DNA of 32,000 nucleotides from Desulfoluna butyratoxydans (GCF_900699765.1 NZ_CAADHO010000006.1:71770-103769), one strand, 5' to 3'. Shown: positions 9,976 through 20,100, counted from the stretch's first letter. Notes: generated by a model from the sequence alone, not told the origin. Program-made: numbers and translations.

Positions 9976-10413
9976 ATGAAAGGGATAGACCCCAACGAAA
10001 GCCTCGGTTTCCAATGCAATCTCACGGTGAAAGCCTTTGTGGGAGCCCTTGAAGAGAAACTCAAAGGGACCGGGGTGTCGCCGTCTCAGCACCGGGCCCT
10101 GGCTCACCTCATCGCCCTGGGGCCTTTGCCCCTCACCGACCTGGTGAAGCGGCTGGGCATTGCCACGCCCACCGGCGTGCGCCTGGTGGATCGCATGGAG
10201 CGGGACGGCTGGGTAACGCGGGAGCCGGACCCCGAGGACAGCAGGCGTAAAATGCTTGTCCCCACGGAAAAGGCCCATGAGGTCTGGGCAACCATCTCGG
10301 TGGTTTCAAAGGAGATGCTGGCCCAGGCCTATCAAGGCGTGGCTCCTGAAGAGATCGAGCGGGTCATCGCGGTGCTTGAAAGGGTGCGTGAAAATCTCTC
10401 CAGTTCCCATTAG
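9976..10413 (+). CDS. MarR-family transcriptional regulator
   Basis: ATG 9976 lies 5 nt after AAGGAAG. The winged-helix segment is LPLTDLVKRLGIATPTGVRLVDRMERDGWVTREPDPEDSRRKMLVPT. Confidence 0.85.
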   Translation: MKGIDPNESLGFQCNLTVKAFVGALEEKLKGTGVSPSQHRALAHLIALGPLPLTDLVKRLGIATPTGVRLVDRMERDGWVTREPDPEDSRRKMLVPTEKAHEVWATISVVSKEMLAQAYQGVAPEEIERVIAVLERVRENLSSSH

Positions 10414-10442
10414 CCTTCGGTCCCCTTTTTTTATTGTAAAAC

Positions 10443-10455
10443 CTAGCGTGCTAAC
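10443..10455. promoter_or_regulatory. Candidate MarR operator box 2 (CTAGCGTGCTAAC)
   Basis: Second copy of the 13-mer, 18 nt upstream of the permease start at 10473. It follows an 8-T run after the marR stop. Confidence 0.45.
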
Positions 10456-10472
10456 ATTACGGGGAAGTGCTT

Positions 10473-10952
10473 ATGTTTAACATCATGTTGTACCTGGCAG
10501 CTTTTGTGCTGCTTCTGGTCTCCTATGCCAAAGACAAAGGAAAGACACGGAAGGCTCTGATGAAAGCCTGGAAGTCGTTTGAGAACCTGATGCCCCAGTT
10601 CCTCGTCATTCTGCTGGTCATCGGGTTTCTCCTGGCGGCCGTCGGCCCAGAAACCATCACACAGCTATTGGGGCAGAATTCCGGCTGGGTGGGGATGGGC
10701 ATGGCAGCCCTCATCGGGTCTGTGACCCTTATTCCCGGCTTTGTGGCCTTTCCGCTTACGGCGGCCCTATACGAACACGGGGGAGGGCTCATGCAGCTGG
10801 CCGTCTTTGTATCCACCCTCATGGGGGTGGGCGTGGTGACCCTTCCCGTTGAAATGGGGATTTTCGGGCTGCGGGTCTCCCTGGCCCGCAACCTGTTAAA
10901 CGTGCTGCTGGCCTTTGGAGTGGCCGTGGTCATGGGGGTGGTGCTTACATGA
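10473..10952 (+). CDS. Membrane permease, first half of a split two-gene permease (predicted-permease/DUF318-like)
   Basis: Four to five hydrophobic helices. ATG 10473 lies 5 nt after GGGGAAG; the GTG at 10467 is less likely. The stop overlaps the next start (ATGA). Family assignment is from memory only. Confidence 0.7.
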   Translation: MFNIMLYLAAFVLLLVSYAKDKGKTRKALMKAWKSFENLMPQFLVILLVIGFLLAAVGPETITQLLGQNSGWVGMGMAALIGSVTLIPGFVAFPLTAALYEHGGGLMQLAVFVSTLMGVGVVTLPVEMGIFGLRVSLARNLLNVLLAFGVAVVMGVVLT

Positions 10953-11473
10953 TACCCTTGCTTAAACGCTACCGTGTTTTTCTTTTGATGCTCGTAGCCT
11001 TGGGTGGCCTTGGTTACGTTAACGCAGACCTTGCAGCACGCTCCCTGGGGCACTCCGTGGATTACCTCGTGGAGATGCTGCTGGTGATTCCACCCATTTT
11101 TGTGCTTTTGGGCATTTTTGATGTGTGGGTGCCTCGGGAAACCATCGTGAGGCTCATGGGCGGGGAGTCCGGTGCCAAGGGCACGCTTCTGGCCCTCTGT
11201 CTGGGCTCGTTTGCTGCAGGACCGCTTTACGCAGCGTTTCCCGTGGCCGGGGTGCTGATCAAAAAAGGGGCGCGCTTTTCGAATATCATGATCTTTATCG
11301 GGGCCTGGTCCACCACCAAGGTTCCCATGCTTCTCTTTGAAGCCTCATCCATGGGCTGGGATTTCATGCTGTGCCGACTGGTGATGAACCTGACGGGGCT
11401 CATGGCCATTGCCCACATTCTGGATGCGCTGTTGCCCGAGGAGCACAAGGCCCTGTCTCCTGCAGGCTCATGA
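10949..11473 (+). CDS. Membrane permease, second half of the split permease
   Basis: Has a 4-nt overlap with the upstream ORF and multiple TM helices. The motif FAAGPLYAAFPVAGVLIKKGARFSNIMIFIGAW is similar in style to the first half. Confidence 0.7.
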   Translation: MIPLLKRYRVFLLMLVALGGLGYVNADLAARSLGHSVDYLVEMLLVIPPIFVLLGIFDVWVPRETIVRLMGGESGAKGTLLALCLGSFAAGPLYAAFPVAGVLIKKGARFSNIMIFIGAWSTTKVPMLLFEASSMGWDFMLCRLVMNLTGLMAIAHILDALLPEEHKALSPAGS

Positions 11474-11585
11474 TGCGCCTGGCGCTCTTCGATGAGGACC
11501 ATGGCGCAACAAGCCGGAAATACGTTCCGGTTGCCGATTGAGAGCATACGACGTGCCAACCAATGTGGAGATGACCTAAATCTTT

Positions 11586-11907
11586 TTGTAACTATTCAGC
11601 TCCAAAAAACAGCCTCCAGAGGCAAGGTGTGCCACCTTGAAAGCAGGTAGCGGAAGTGATTTGACCCTCGTTCCTCGGGGCAAATCACTTCCGCATTTAT
11701 TAATGAGACCGAATCTCAGTCGACATACCCATGGCTTTGGTTGTGATTATATTCAGTGCCTTAGGATCAATCGAATGTCGGGTGTAATATGACCCCATTA
11801 GTAAAACGACATTCATGCAAATATTTTTTTTATGACCTGTTTGTTAAACCCAAGGCATCTAAATTGGCAAAAGTTTAGCCCCCGGCAGGGCCGCCGGAGG
11901 CTTTTTT
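11586..11907. repeat. Mosaic repeat cluster R2: M1(+) 11612-11694 (H1, H2), AT-rich interior, degenerate M2(-) 11836-11901
   Basis: gcctccagaggc at 11612-11623 (2 mismatches). H1 is AAGGTGtgcCACCTT at 11624-11638. H2 has a 14-bp perfect stem at 11650-11694 with the loop accctcgttcctcgggg. gccgccggaggc at 11890-11901. The cluster is flanked by an A-run and a T-run. Confidence 0.85.
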
Positions 11908-11916
11908 CTTTTTTCC

Positions 11917-12623
<707 letters not shown>

Positions 12624-12633
<10 letters not shown>

Positions 12634-13415
12634 GTTTCGCCCTCCTCCTCCTCATCGTCGTCGGTGCCCAGGTAGGCTTCGATGACCTTCTTGTTGGTCT
12701 TTATCTCTTCGGGCAGTCCTTCGGCGATTTTCTTGCCGTACTCAATCACCACCAGTTTTTCGCAGGCCTGCATCACCAGGCTCATGTCGTGCTCGATGAG
12801 AAGCACGGTGATGCCGCGGGCCTTGATGCGGGCGATGATGTCGATTAAGGCGTCGGTCTCCTGTTCGTTCATGCCCCCTGCCGGTTCGTCCAGGATGAGC
12901 AGCTTGGGCTGGGTGGCCAGGGCCCTGGCGATCTCCAGGAGGCGCTGGTTGCCGTAGGAGAGGCTGTCGGACCGGGTTTCGACATCTTCCGAGAGGCCCA
13001 CGAAGTCCAGCTCGGCAAGGGCCAGCTTGATGGCCTCTTTTTCTTCCCGCTTTTGAAAGGGCGTTTTCAGCATGGCGGCGATGGAACCGGACGTCATGCG
13101 GCAGTGGCACCCGGCCAGGACATTTTCCAGGGCCGAGAGGGTCTTGAAGAGCCGGATGGTCTGGAAGGTCCGGGCCACGCCCATGGAGACGATTCTGTTG
13201 GGGGCCAGCCCGTTTAAGACGTGTCCGTTAAAGATCACCTTGCCCTGGTTGGGCACGTAGTTGCCGGTGATGAGGTTGAAGACCGTGGTCTTGCCCGCCC
13301 CGTTGGGGCCGATGAGGCCGAAGACGTCCCCGGCCTCCACGTCGAAGGAGACCTCGTCCACGGCCCGTAAGCCGCCGAAGTCCTTGATGAGGTTGTCCAG
13401 TGTTAACAGGCTCAC
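12624..13415 (-). CDS. livG: Branched-chain amino acid ABC transporter ATP-binding protein LivG
   Basis: Walker A GPNGAGKTT, signature LSYGNQRLLE, Walker B LILDEP. Overlaps livF by 10 nt. Carries an acidic C-terminal tail, DDDEEEEGETCF. Confidence 0.9.
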
Positions 13416-14434
13416 GGCATCTCCTCCCGTATCTTGTCAAGGGGGTACGTCCTGGGCCGTGGAGGCAGGAGCCCTTCGTTTCTGAAAATCATCATGATCA
13501 CCATGGCCGCGCCGAAGATCAGCATGCGGGCCTGGCTGAAGTTCCCGAAGTCCAGGGAGAGGGTGACGCCGAAGTGTGCAAAGAGGCTGTTGATGAGGTC
13601 GCTGACGGCGCTCATGCTTCGGAAGATCTCGGGAAGGCCGATGACGAGAAAGGCCCCTAGGATGACCCCCCGGATGCTGCCGGAGCCCCCTAAGATCACG
13701 ATCATGAACATCACCACCGACTCCCAGAAGTTAAAGGACTCCGGGGCGATGATGGTCATCTTGGCTGCGTAGATGGTGCCCACCATGCCGGCCCACACCG
13801 CCCCCAGCACAAAGGCGATGAGCTTGTAGTAGGTGGTGTTGATGCCGCTGCCCTCGGCGGCCACGTCGTCTTCCCGCAGGTAGTTCAAGGCCCGGCCGAA
13901 CCGGGAGTTTTCCAGGCGGTGGAAGAGAAAGACCGTCACGGCCATGAACCCCCAGATGAGGTAGAAGAACTCGTGGGGTTTTCGGATCTTGAAGCCGAAG
14001 ATGTACGGCCGGTCGATGCCGAAGATGCCGTTGGCCCCTCCGGTGATGCCGAAGACGTTGTTGATGAGGGCGATGCGCACGATCTCCACAAAGCCGATGG
14101 TGACGATGAGGAGGTAATCTCCCCGCAGATGGATGATGGGGCGCGCCACGATCAGGGCCACGAGCCCTGCCATGAGCCCTGCCACGGGCATGAGCCAGAG
14201 CACGGGGATGTCAAAGGTGGTGTTTAAGATGGCGGTGGTGTAGGCCCCCACCGCGTAGAAGGCGGCGTGGCCCATGTGGAACAGGCCGGCGTGGCCCAGG
14301 ATGATGTTCAGGCTCAGGGCCAGCAGGGCGTACATGCCGACGCTGTTCAGCACGTCCACCCAGTAGGCGTTGAGAAAGGCCGGTGAGATGGCCAGCAGTG
14401 ATGCAAGTGCAATGTAAATGGCGTTTCGTTTCAT
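13412..14434 (-). CDS. livM: Branched-chain amino acid ABC transporter permease LivM
   Basis: Polytopic permease that overlaps livG by 4 nt. Start chosen at ATG 14434 (MKRNAIYIALASLL). The longer ORF to 14542 adds an Arg/Pro/Gly-rich, non-protein-like extension. Confidence 0.85.
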   Translation of the reverse strand: MKRNAIYIALASLLAISPAFLNAYWVDVLNSVGMYALLALSLNIILGHAGLFHMGHAAFYAVGAYTTAILNTTFDIPVLWLMPVAGLMAGLVALIVARPIIHLRGDYLLIVTIGFVEIVRIALINNVFGITGGANGIFGIDRPYIFGFKIRKPHEFFYLIWGFMAVTVFLFHRLENSRFGRALNYLREDDVAAEGSGINTTYYKLIAFVLGAVWAGMVGTIYAAKMTIIAPESFNFWESVVMFMIVILGGSGSIRGVILGAFLVIGLPEIFRSMSAVSDLINSLFAHFGVTLSLDFGNFSQARMLIFGAAMVIMMIFRNEGLLPPRPRTYPLDKIREEMP

Positions 14435-14525
14435 ACGGTCATGGCCTCGCTGTAAAAAATTCGGTCCAGGGTTGATAAAGGCGTGGTGGCGGGCCGTGGA
14501 CGGCCCACGTGCGGGACAGGTCCCG

Positions 14526-15431
14526 TCACACTTTTTCCGCAACCCGTTCGCCCAGGAGGCCGGTGGGACGAACGATGAGGATGAGGATCAACACGACAAA
14601 GGCGATGGCGTCCTTCCAGGCAATGGAGATATACGCCGCGCCCAGGGCTTCGATGACTCCCAGGAGCAGGCCGCCGAGCATGGCCCCGGGGATGTTGCCG
14701 ATACCGCCCAGGATGGCCGCGGTAAAGGCCTTGAGACCGTAAATCCAGCCCATGGTGAAGTTGATCTGCCCGTAGTAGAGGCCCACCATGAGACCGGCCG
14801 CGCCCCCTAAGGCCGGACCGATGAGAAAGACGATCATGATGACGGCGTTGACGTTGATGCCCATGAGCTTGGCCGCGCCCTGGTCGATGGCAACGGCCCG
14901 GATGGCTGTGCCTGTTTTGGTCTTCTGGATGAAGAAGTAGAGGGCGGCCATCATCACCACGGAGGTGAGCAGGATCAGGATGCGCAGCAACGGCACGTTG
15001 AGGCCGAAGATGGGGATGACCACCTTGGGCAGGATGTCGTGGGGGTAGACCTGGTAGCGGGCGCCGTAGATGAGCATGACGGCGTTCTGGAAGAAGATGG
15101 AGGCGCCCAGGGCCGAGACCACGGCCGAGAGCCGGTGGGATTCGCGCAAGGGGCGGTAGGCGATGCGTTCCAGGATGATGCCCACCACGGCCACGAGGCC
15201 CATGACCATGATGGCCAGGGCAAGGACCACGCCGAAGGGGCCCAGCCGGTCGGTGAGGCCCAGGGCGGAGAGCAGGGTGAGCCCCAGGTACGCCCCGATG
15301 GTGAAGAGATCGCCGTGGGCAAAGTTGATCAGTTTCAAGACGCCGTAGACCATGGTGTAGCCCAGGGCGATGAGGGCGTAAATGCCCCCCACGGCCAGGC
15401 CGTTGGTCAGCTGTTGAAAAAACAGTTCCAT
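14526..15431 (-). CDS. livH: Branched-chain amino acid ABC transporter permease LivH
   Basis: Polytopic permease starting MELFFQQLTNGLAVGGIYALIALGYTMVYG. ATG 15431 lies after GGAGAAG. Confidence 0.85.
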   Translation of the reverse strand: MELFFQQLTNGLAVGGIYALIALGYTMVYGVLKLINFAHGDLFTIGAYLGLTLLSALGLTDRLGPFGVVLALAIMVMGLVAVVGIILERIAYRPLRESHRLSAVVSALGASIFFQNAVMLIYGARYQVYPHDILPKVVIPIFGLNVPLLRILILLTSVVMMAALYFFIQKTKTGTAIRAVAIDQGAAKLMGINVNAVIMIVFLIGPALGGAAGLMVGLYYGQINFTMGWIYGLKAFTAAILGGIGNIPGAMLGGLLLGVIEALGAAYISIAWKDAIAFVVLILILIVRPTGLLGERVAEKV

Positions 15432-15612
15432 CTTACTTCTCCGGTGGTACGCCACGCGGCAGAGGCACCGGGAACCCGATGCCTCTGATGCGTGTTGGGA
15501 TTTCTATCAACCCGGCGATTGCATGCACCCTTTGATTTAAGGTTGTCGCCGGGGTGATAAGCATGCGAGGCGCCTCGCCGTATTCTGTCTGTCCGGGCGA
15601 GGCTGTCACCCC

Positions 15613-16728
15613 TTACGGCTGCAGCACGAAGCTTCCCTTGCCGTCAACCTTGTAGAGACGGTAGAGATCGCCCACGCGGTCCCCTTTTTCGTTGAAGGAG
15701 AGCTTGCCGGTGAGGCCGGGCATGTCCTTGAGCTCTTTGTGGAGGTATTTGGCAAGGATCTTGGTGTCGGTGGACCCGGTGGCCTTGATGGCGGCTGCGA
15801 TGGCGTTGAACCCGTCACCGGAAAGAACCGCCCAGACTGAGCCGGGGACCCCGTTGTACTTCTTGGTGTAGGCGGCAAGGAAGGCCTTGGCTTCGGCGGA
15901 GTCCAGGTCCTGGGGAACGGGGGGGCTCAGGAAGAAGAAGCCTTCGGCGGCTTTTTTACCGGCGATTTTGACCAGGTCGGGGTTGTTGGTGGCGTCGCCG
16001 CCGATGAAGGGCACATCCCAGCCCATCTCCATCTTCTGGCGAAGGAGAAGGCCCGCTTCGGGGTAGTAACCGGTGAAGAGGACGGCGTCGGGGGCCGAGG
16101 CCTTCATCTTGGTGAGGATGGCGCTGTAATCACGCTCCCCGGCGGTGAGGGCTTCGTAAAAGACGATTTCCGCAGGCTCTTTTTTCAGCAGCGCCTTGGC
16201 TTCGTCGGCCAGGCCCTTGGCGTAGGTGGTGTTGTCGTGGAGGATGGCTACTTTTTTGAAGCCCATGGTCATGAGGGTCTTCACCGCCACCTTGCCCTGC
16301 TCGTCGTCCCTGGGGCAGGAGCGGAAGAAGTAGTCCAGTCCCTTTTCCGAGAGGCGGATGGCCGTGGAGCCGTTGGCGATCTGGATGATCTCCTCTTCGT
16401 CGTAAATGTTCTGGGAGGCTTCGGTGATGGAGGAACCGTAGGTGCCGATGACGGCAATGATGTCGCGGGTGGCCAGGCGCTGGGCGGCCAGGGCGGCCGT
16501 ACGGGGATCGCCGGCATCGTCTTCGGTGATGATCTCCACCTGCTTGCCGAGGAGCCCGCCCTTGGCGTTGACCTCATCGGCCAGGAGCTCGACGATTTGT
16601 TTCATGTCCTGGCCTTCGCTGGCCCAGGAACCGGTGAGGGGACACATGAGGCCGATCTTGATGGTGGCGGCCGCGGCAATGGATGCCGTCAGGGAAAAAC
16701 ACAAGGCAAGAAACAGAACTCTTTTCAT
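15613..16728 (-). CDS. livK: Branched-chain amino acid ABC transporter periplasmic substrate-binding protein (LivJ/LivK type)
   Basis: Signal peptide MKRVLFLALCFSLTASIAAA, then IKIGLMCPLTGSWASEGQD..., typical of type-I periplasmic binding proteins. ATG 16728 lies 7 nt after GGAGA; the GTG at 16734 is too close to the RBS. Confidence 0.85.
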   Translation of the reverse strand: MKRVLFLALCFSLTASIAAAATIKIGLMCPLTGSWASEGQDMKQIVELLADEVNAKGGLLGKQVEIITEDDAGDPRTAALAAQRLATRDIIAVIGTYGSSITEASQNIYDEEEIIQIANGSTAIRLSEKGLDYFFRSCPRDDEQGKVAVKTLMTMGFKKVAILHDNTTYAKGLADEAKALLKKEPAEIVFYEALTAGERDYSAILTKMKASAPDAVLFTGYYPEAGLLLRQKMEMGWDVPFIGGDATNNPDLVKIAGKKAAEGFFFLSPPVPQDLDSAEAKAFLAAYTKKYNGVPGSVWAVLSGDGFNAIAAAIKATGSTDTKILAKYLHKELKDMPGLTGKLSFNEKGDRVGDLYRLYKVDGKGSFVLQP

Positions 16729-17039
16729 AAACACATCTCCTCATTGTTGGTCTCGGTGTGACGGGAGCCGGTCTCTGTCCGGATCCGGGCGGGCAGGCGA
16801 CGAAGGTCATGCAAACCGGTGTCGGCCGGGGGCCGACCGCCTGTTTGCCCTGCCCGGTCATGCCTACTGGTCTCTTTGCGTCAAGTTGTCTCATATTACT
16901 ATTATGCGTTAGTAACGAGATATGACGAGGCCCGTGCATAAGCCGATGAACCCATGGGCACATTGCCACAACGCTTTATGGAAACGGTACGTGGATAGCT
17001 GGATACAGCGTTGGGGTTGGGTTGTCCTTACGAAGGGTC

Positions 17040-17068
17040 ATTTAACTTCTATTTTCATAAAACATCAA
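17040..17068 (-). promoter_or_regulatory. Possible sigma70-type promoter of the liv operon (TTGATG-17-TTAAAT)
   Basis: On the minus strand, -35 is at 17063-17068 and -10 at 17040-17045 with a 17-nt spacer, inside the only AT-rich island of the 620-bp gap. This would give a roughly 300-nt leader. Weak match. Confidence 0.3.
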
Positions 17069-17350
17069 GTTTTTTCTATGGATTGCCCTGTATTGACTTG
17101 CTTAAATGTTCCTTGAATTAAGGCCTTCGTTGTCGGCTTTTTGGTGGTATGGGGTTAATATTATATTTGATTCTTCTGAAGATTTAGAAATTGTGAGGAC
17201 GGGTTGCTCACAGGGCGGGGATGGTAATGATGGGATGGGTGGGGGAACACGCAAAGGGTGGCTTAAGGGTTCCCTTTCCGGGTATACTGAAGTCGGGCCC
17301 GGAATCACAGCCGGGTGACGGTGCCGTTCACAGGTCAAGGAGGTGCTTTG

Positions 17351-17614
17351 ATGAAAGAGCTTCGTCCTGTCGGAAACATGGCAACCCTTGAACTCCACAC
17401 CGACCTTTGTGCGGGGTGCGATTTTTGCATCGTGGTCTGCCCCCAGGGCGACCTTGCCAGGGAGGGGCCTGAAATGCGCGCCACCCGTCAAGACAACTGC
17501 CTGGCCTGCGGGGGCTGCGCCCGGAACTGCCCGGTGGCCTCAGCTTCCGCCAAGCCCGGCGTGGGCTGTGCCGCCTATATTCTCTCCGGCTGGGGCAAGG
17601 TGGGGACGCCTTGA
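17351..17614 (+). CDS. 2x[4Fe-4S] ferredoxin, HgcB-like architecture
   Basis: AAGGAGGTG ends 5 nt before ATG 17351. Two CxxCxxCxxxCP motifs (CAGCDFCIVVCP and CLACGGCARNCP), followed by the PGVGCAAYILSGW tail. Confidence 0.75.
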   Translation: MKELRPVGNMATLELHTDLCAGCDFCIVVCPQGDLAREGPEMRATRQDNCLACGGCARNCPVASASAKPGVGCAAYILSGWGKVGTP

Positions 17615-17624
17615 CATCCTGTGG

Positions 17625-18242
17625 TTACGCATTTCCCTTGTACAAAAGAAATCGCGGATAATAGAGATCCCAGTGGATGGATGCGCATCGCAGGCCAAAG
17701 GCCAGGGCCAGGCCGTAGTAGCGGTTTAAGGCGTGGTCGGGTGCCAGGTGGAGGAGAAGGCAGAAGAGGGAGGCGCCGAGAAGGGCCGGGGTGGCGTAGA
17801 ACTCCCGGCCCAAAAGCAGGGGCATCTTGCCGGTGAGGATGTCGCGGATCATGCCCCCGGCGATGCCGGTGGTCAGGCCCATGAGCACGGCCACCGGATA
17901 GGAAAAGCCCAGGGAGAGGGCCTTTTCCGCGGCGGTGATGGTGAACAGGCACATACCGAAGGAGTCGGCATAGAGAAACAGGGTGTAGGTGTTGCTGACA
18001 AAGCGGATGAAGAAAAAGGCGATGAGGGCGGCTGCCACGGAGACCCAGAGGTAGGTCTCGTCCCCGATCCAGAAGATGGGGTTGGCGTCCATGAGGATGT
18101 CCCGGATGGTGCCGCCGCCAAGGGCCGTCACCACCCCAAGGAGGATGATGCTGAACAGGTCCATGTCCTTTTTGCCCGCCGCCACCACTCCGGTGACGGA
18201 AAAGGCGGCAATGCCCATCATGCCGATAAGATAGATGATCAT
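17625..18242 (-). CDS. Trimeric intracellular cation channel family protein (UPF0126/YadS-like)
   Basis: Seven hydrophobic helices with the duplicated motifs GVVTALGGGTIRDIL and GLTTGIAGGMIRDIL. Confidence 0.8.
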   Translation of the reverse strand: MIIYLIGMMGIAAFSVTGVVAAGKKDMDLFSIILLGVVTALGGGTIRDILMDANPIFWIGDETYLWVSVAAALIAFFFIRFVSNTYTLFLYADSFGMCLFTITAAEKALSLGFSYPVAVLMGLTTGIAGGMIRDILTGKMPLLLGREFYATPALLGASLFCLLLHLAPDHALNRYYGLALAFGLRCASIHWDLYYPRFLLYKGNA

Positions 18243-18274
18243 GTGTCGTAGCCTCAGCTGCGCGTTGGGGGCGT

Positions 18275-18694
18275 CTATTCGTGGGAAACTTTTCCCCGTG
18301 ATTTTTTCAGGTCGCCGCGACGGGTCTTGGCCTTGAGGCGCCTCTCCCTGGCATTTTTCGACGGCCGGGTAGGGCGCCTTTTTTTCGGCGCCGCGGTCAC
18401 CCCCCGGATCAGGCTGATGAGGCGCTCCAGGGCGGCCTGTCGGTTCATCTCCCGGCTGCGGTGCTCCCGGGACTTGATGATCACCATGCCCTCGTCGGTG
18501 ATGCGGTGGTCGGACAGGGCCAGGAGCCGCTCCTTGTACACCTCGGGCAGGGAGGAGGCCCGGATGTCGAACCTCAGGTGAATGGCCGTAGCCGAGGTGT
18601 TGACGTGCTGGCCCCCCGGGCCCGACGCCTTGACGGCGGAGATCTCCACCTCGTCGTCACCAAGGGAGAGTCGCTGTGTGATCATGATTGGCAA
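18275..18694 (-). CDS. arfB: Alternative ribosome-rescue factor ArfB (peptidyl-tRNA hydrolase, YaeJ type)
   Basis: GGQ motif SGPGGQHVNT plus a basic C-terminal tail (KKRRPTRPSKNARERRLKAKTRRGDLKKSRGK). TTG start at 18694 lies 8 nt after GGAG; alternative ATG at 18685. Confidence 0.85.
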   Translation of the reverse strand: MPIMITQRLSLGDDEVEISAVKASGPGGQHVNTSATAIHLRFDIRASSLPEVYKERLLALSDHRITDEGMVIIKSREHRSREMNRQAALERLISLIRGVTAAPKKRRPTRPSKNARERRLKAKTRRGDLKKSRGKVSHE

Positions 18695-18723
18695 AACATG
18701 GACTCCTTTTGGTATCGGTTCAG

Positions 18724-18881
18724 GTAACTATTCAGATCAAAAAAGCCTCCGGCGGCCAGGTGGGGCACCTGGAAACCCTGTGGCGAATGCTTGACGGCTG
18801 ACATCAAGTGGCCGCTTTCGCAGGGAAGGCCTGTTTGTTAAACGTTTCAAAAGTTTGGCCCCCGGCAGGGCCGCCGGAGGC
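18724..18881. repeat. Mosaic repeat cluster R3: M1(+) 18745-18800 (H1 CAGGTGgggCACCTG) and M2(-) 18830-18881
   Basis: gcctccggcggc at 18745-18756 and gccgccggaggc at 18870-18881. The outer flank gtaactattcagatcaaaaaa is shared with R2 and R6. The cluster lies 13 nt downstream of the selU stop. Confidence 0.85.
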
Positions 18882-18894
18882 ATAATTCCCCTGT

Positions 18895-20100
18895 TTATTT
18901 TTTCGCGCTGTGGTACCACGCGGCAATGGCTGCCGCCGCTTCGGCCGGGTCGACGTTGGGCACGGTGAACAGGGGCGGGGCGTCCACGGCCTTGTAGACC
19001 TTGTCGTAGTAGTCCACCATCACCTCATTGAGAAACCCGCGATAGTCCCCGGCGTCGATGGCCGCGCACCATCGCTCCACCGTCTCTTTGCCCACCCGTC
19101 GCGTAAGGAACCGCACCGCGTCCTTGACCATCTCCTCCACCTCTTTGCCCCCTTTGCCGAAGTACTCTTTTTCCAGCCGGGCCAGTCGGGTCTCAAGGGG
19201 GCAGGTGAGGCCGATATGGGTCTCCTTTTCAAGGGCCTTGCAGACGGACGGGGGCAGGTTGAACCGGCCGATTTTGGAGCTCTCCATCTCGGTGAGAAAG
19301 GGGGGCAGGCTGCCGTCGGGGTTTCGGTGCTGCAGGATGTTGACGTAGAGGTTGGTCTCGAAGTCCCGCTGGCTCTTGGCCAGGGACTCCCCCATGAGGT
19401 TGAAGCGGATCTCCCCGAAGACCGAGGCGGCGTGGCCTGCCGCAGCTTCCAGGTGGAGGACGGGCAGGTCCGGGTGGTGAGCCTGGATGTACTCCAGCAG
19501 CTCGGATTTCCCGCAGCCGGTCTGACCGGAAAAGGGGTAGAGGGTCAGCGTGGTTTCGTACAGCATGGTGTGCACCTCTTTGCGGAAGGCCTTTTGCCCG
19601 CCGTTGAGGCGCACGGCGTCGATGCCGTTCTGGTTGAGCATGCTGGTGGTGTAGCGGCTTCGGCCTCCGCCCCGCCAGCAGTAGAGGATCACGGGCCCGC
19701 CCTGGGCCAGCTCCCGGACCTTTTCAAGGTAGGCCTCTTCCTTTTGCCGGGCCAGGTGCCAGGCGTAGGAGAGGGCCAGGTCCTTGTCGTGGCGCTTGTA
19801 GATGAGCCCCACGTTGTGCCGCTCTTCGTTGGTGAGGATGGGGATGTTCACGGCAAAGGGGAGGCGCTCCCGTTCAAACTCGGCCTCGGACCTCACGTCA
19901 ATGAGGGTGTAGGGCCCTTTTTTCCCATGGGCCAGGTCGGTGAGGATCTCCGTGAAGTTTTCCTGGGGCATCACCCGCTCGATGGCGGCGATGTCCTTGA
20001 AGTGGACGTGGGGGAGGTTTAAGGGAAGCACCTGTTTCAGCAGGGCCTCAAGCTCCTCCTTCTGGTCGTGTTCGTGGTTGTCCGTGTCGCTATGGGTCAT
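18895..20100 (-). CDS. selU: tRNA 2-selenouridine synthase (SelU/MnmH)
   Basis: Rhodanese-like domain with CWRGGGRS, followed by the P-loop GQTGCGKS. About 400 aa. Confidence 0.85.
   Translation of the reverse strand: MTHSDTDNHEHDQKEELEALLKQVLPLNLPHVHFKDIAAIERVMPQENFTEILTDLAHGKKGPYTLIDVRSEAEFERERLPFAVNIPILTNEERHNVGLIYKRHDKDLALSYAWHLARQKEEAYLEKVRELAQGGPVILYCWRGGGRSRYTTSMLNQNGIDAVRLNGGQKAFRKEVHTMLYETTLTLYPFSGQTGCGKSELLEYIQAHHPDLPVLHLEAAAGHAASVFGEIRFNLMGESLAKSQRDFETNLYVNILQHRNPDGSLPPFLTEMESSKIGRFNLPPSVCKALEKETHIGLTCPLETRLARLEKEYFGKGGKEVEEMVKDAVRFLTRRVGKETVERWCAAIDAGDYRGFLNEVMVDYYDKVYKAVDAPPLFTVPNVDPAEAAAAIAAWYHSAKK

Noticed and set aside
17205-17245. G-rich tract (gggcggggatggtaatgatgggatgggtggggg) as a second G-quadruplex.
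   Set aside because: G-tract spacing is irregular, with one 11-nt loop and some GG-only tracts, unlike the regular heptamer array at 30725-30794. It is not convincing by eye.
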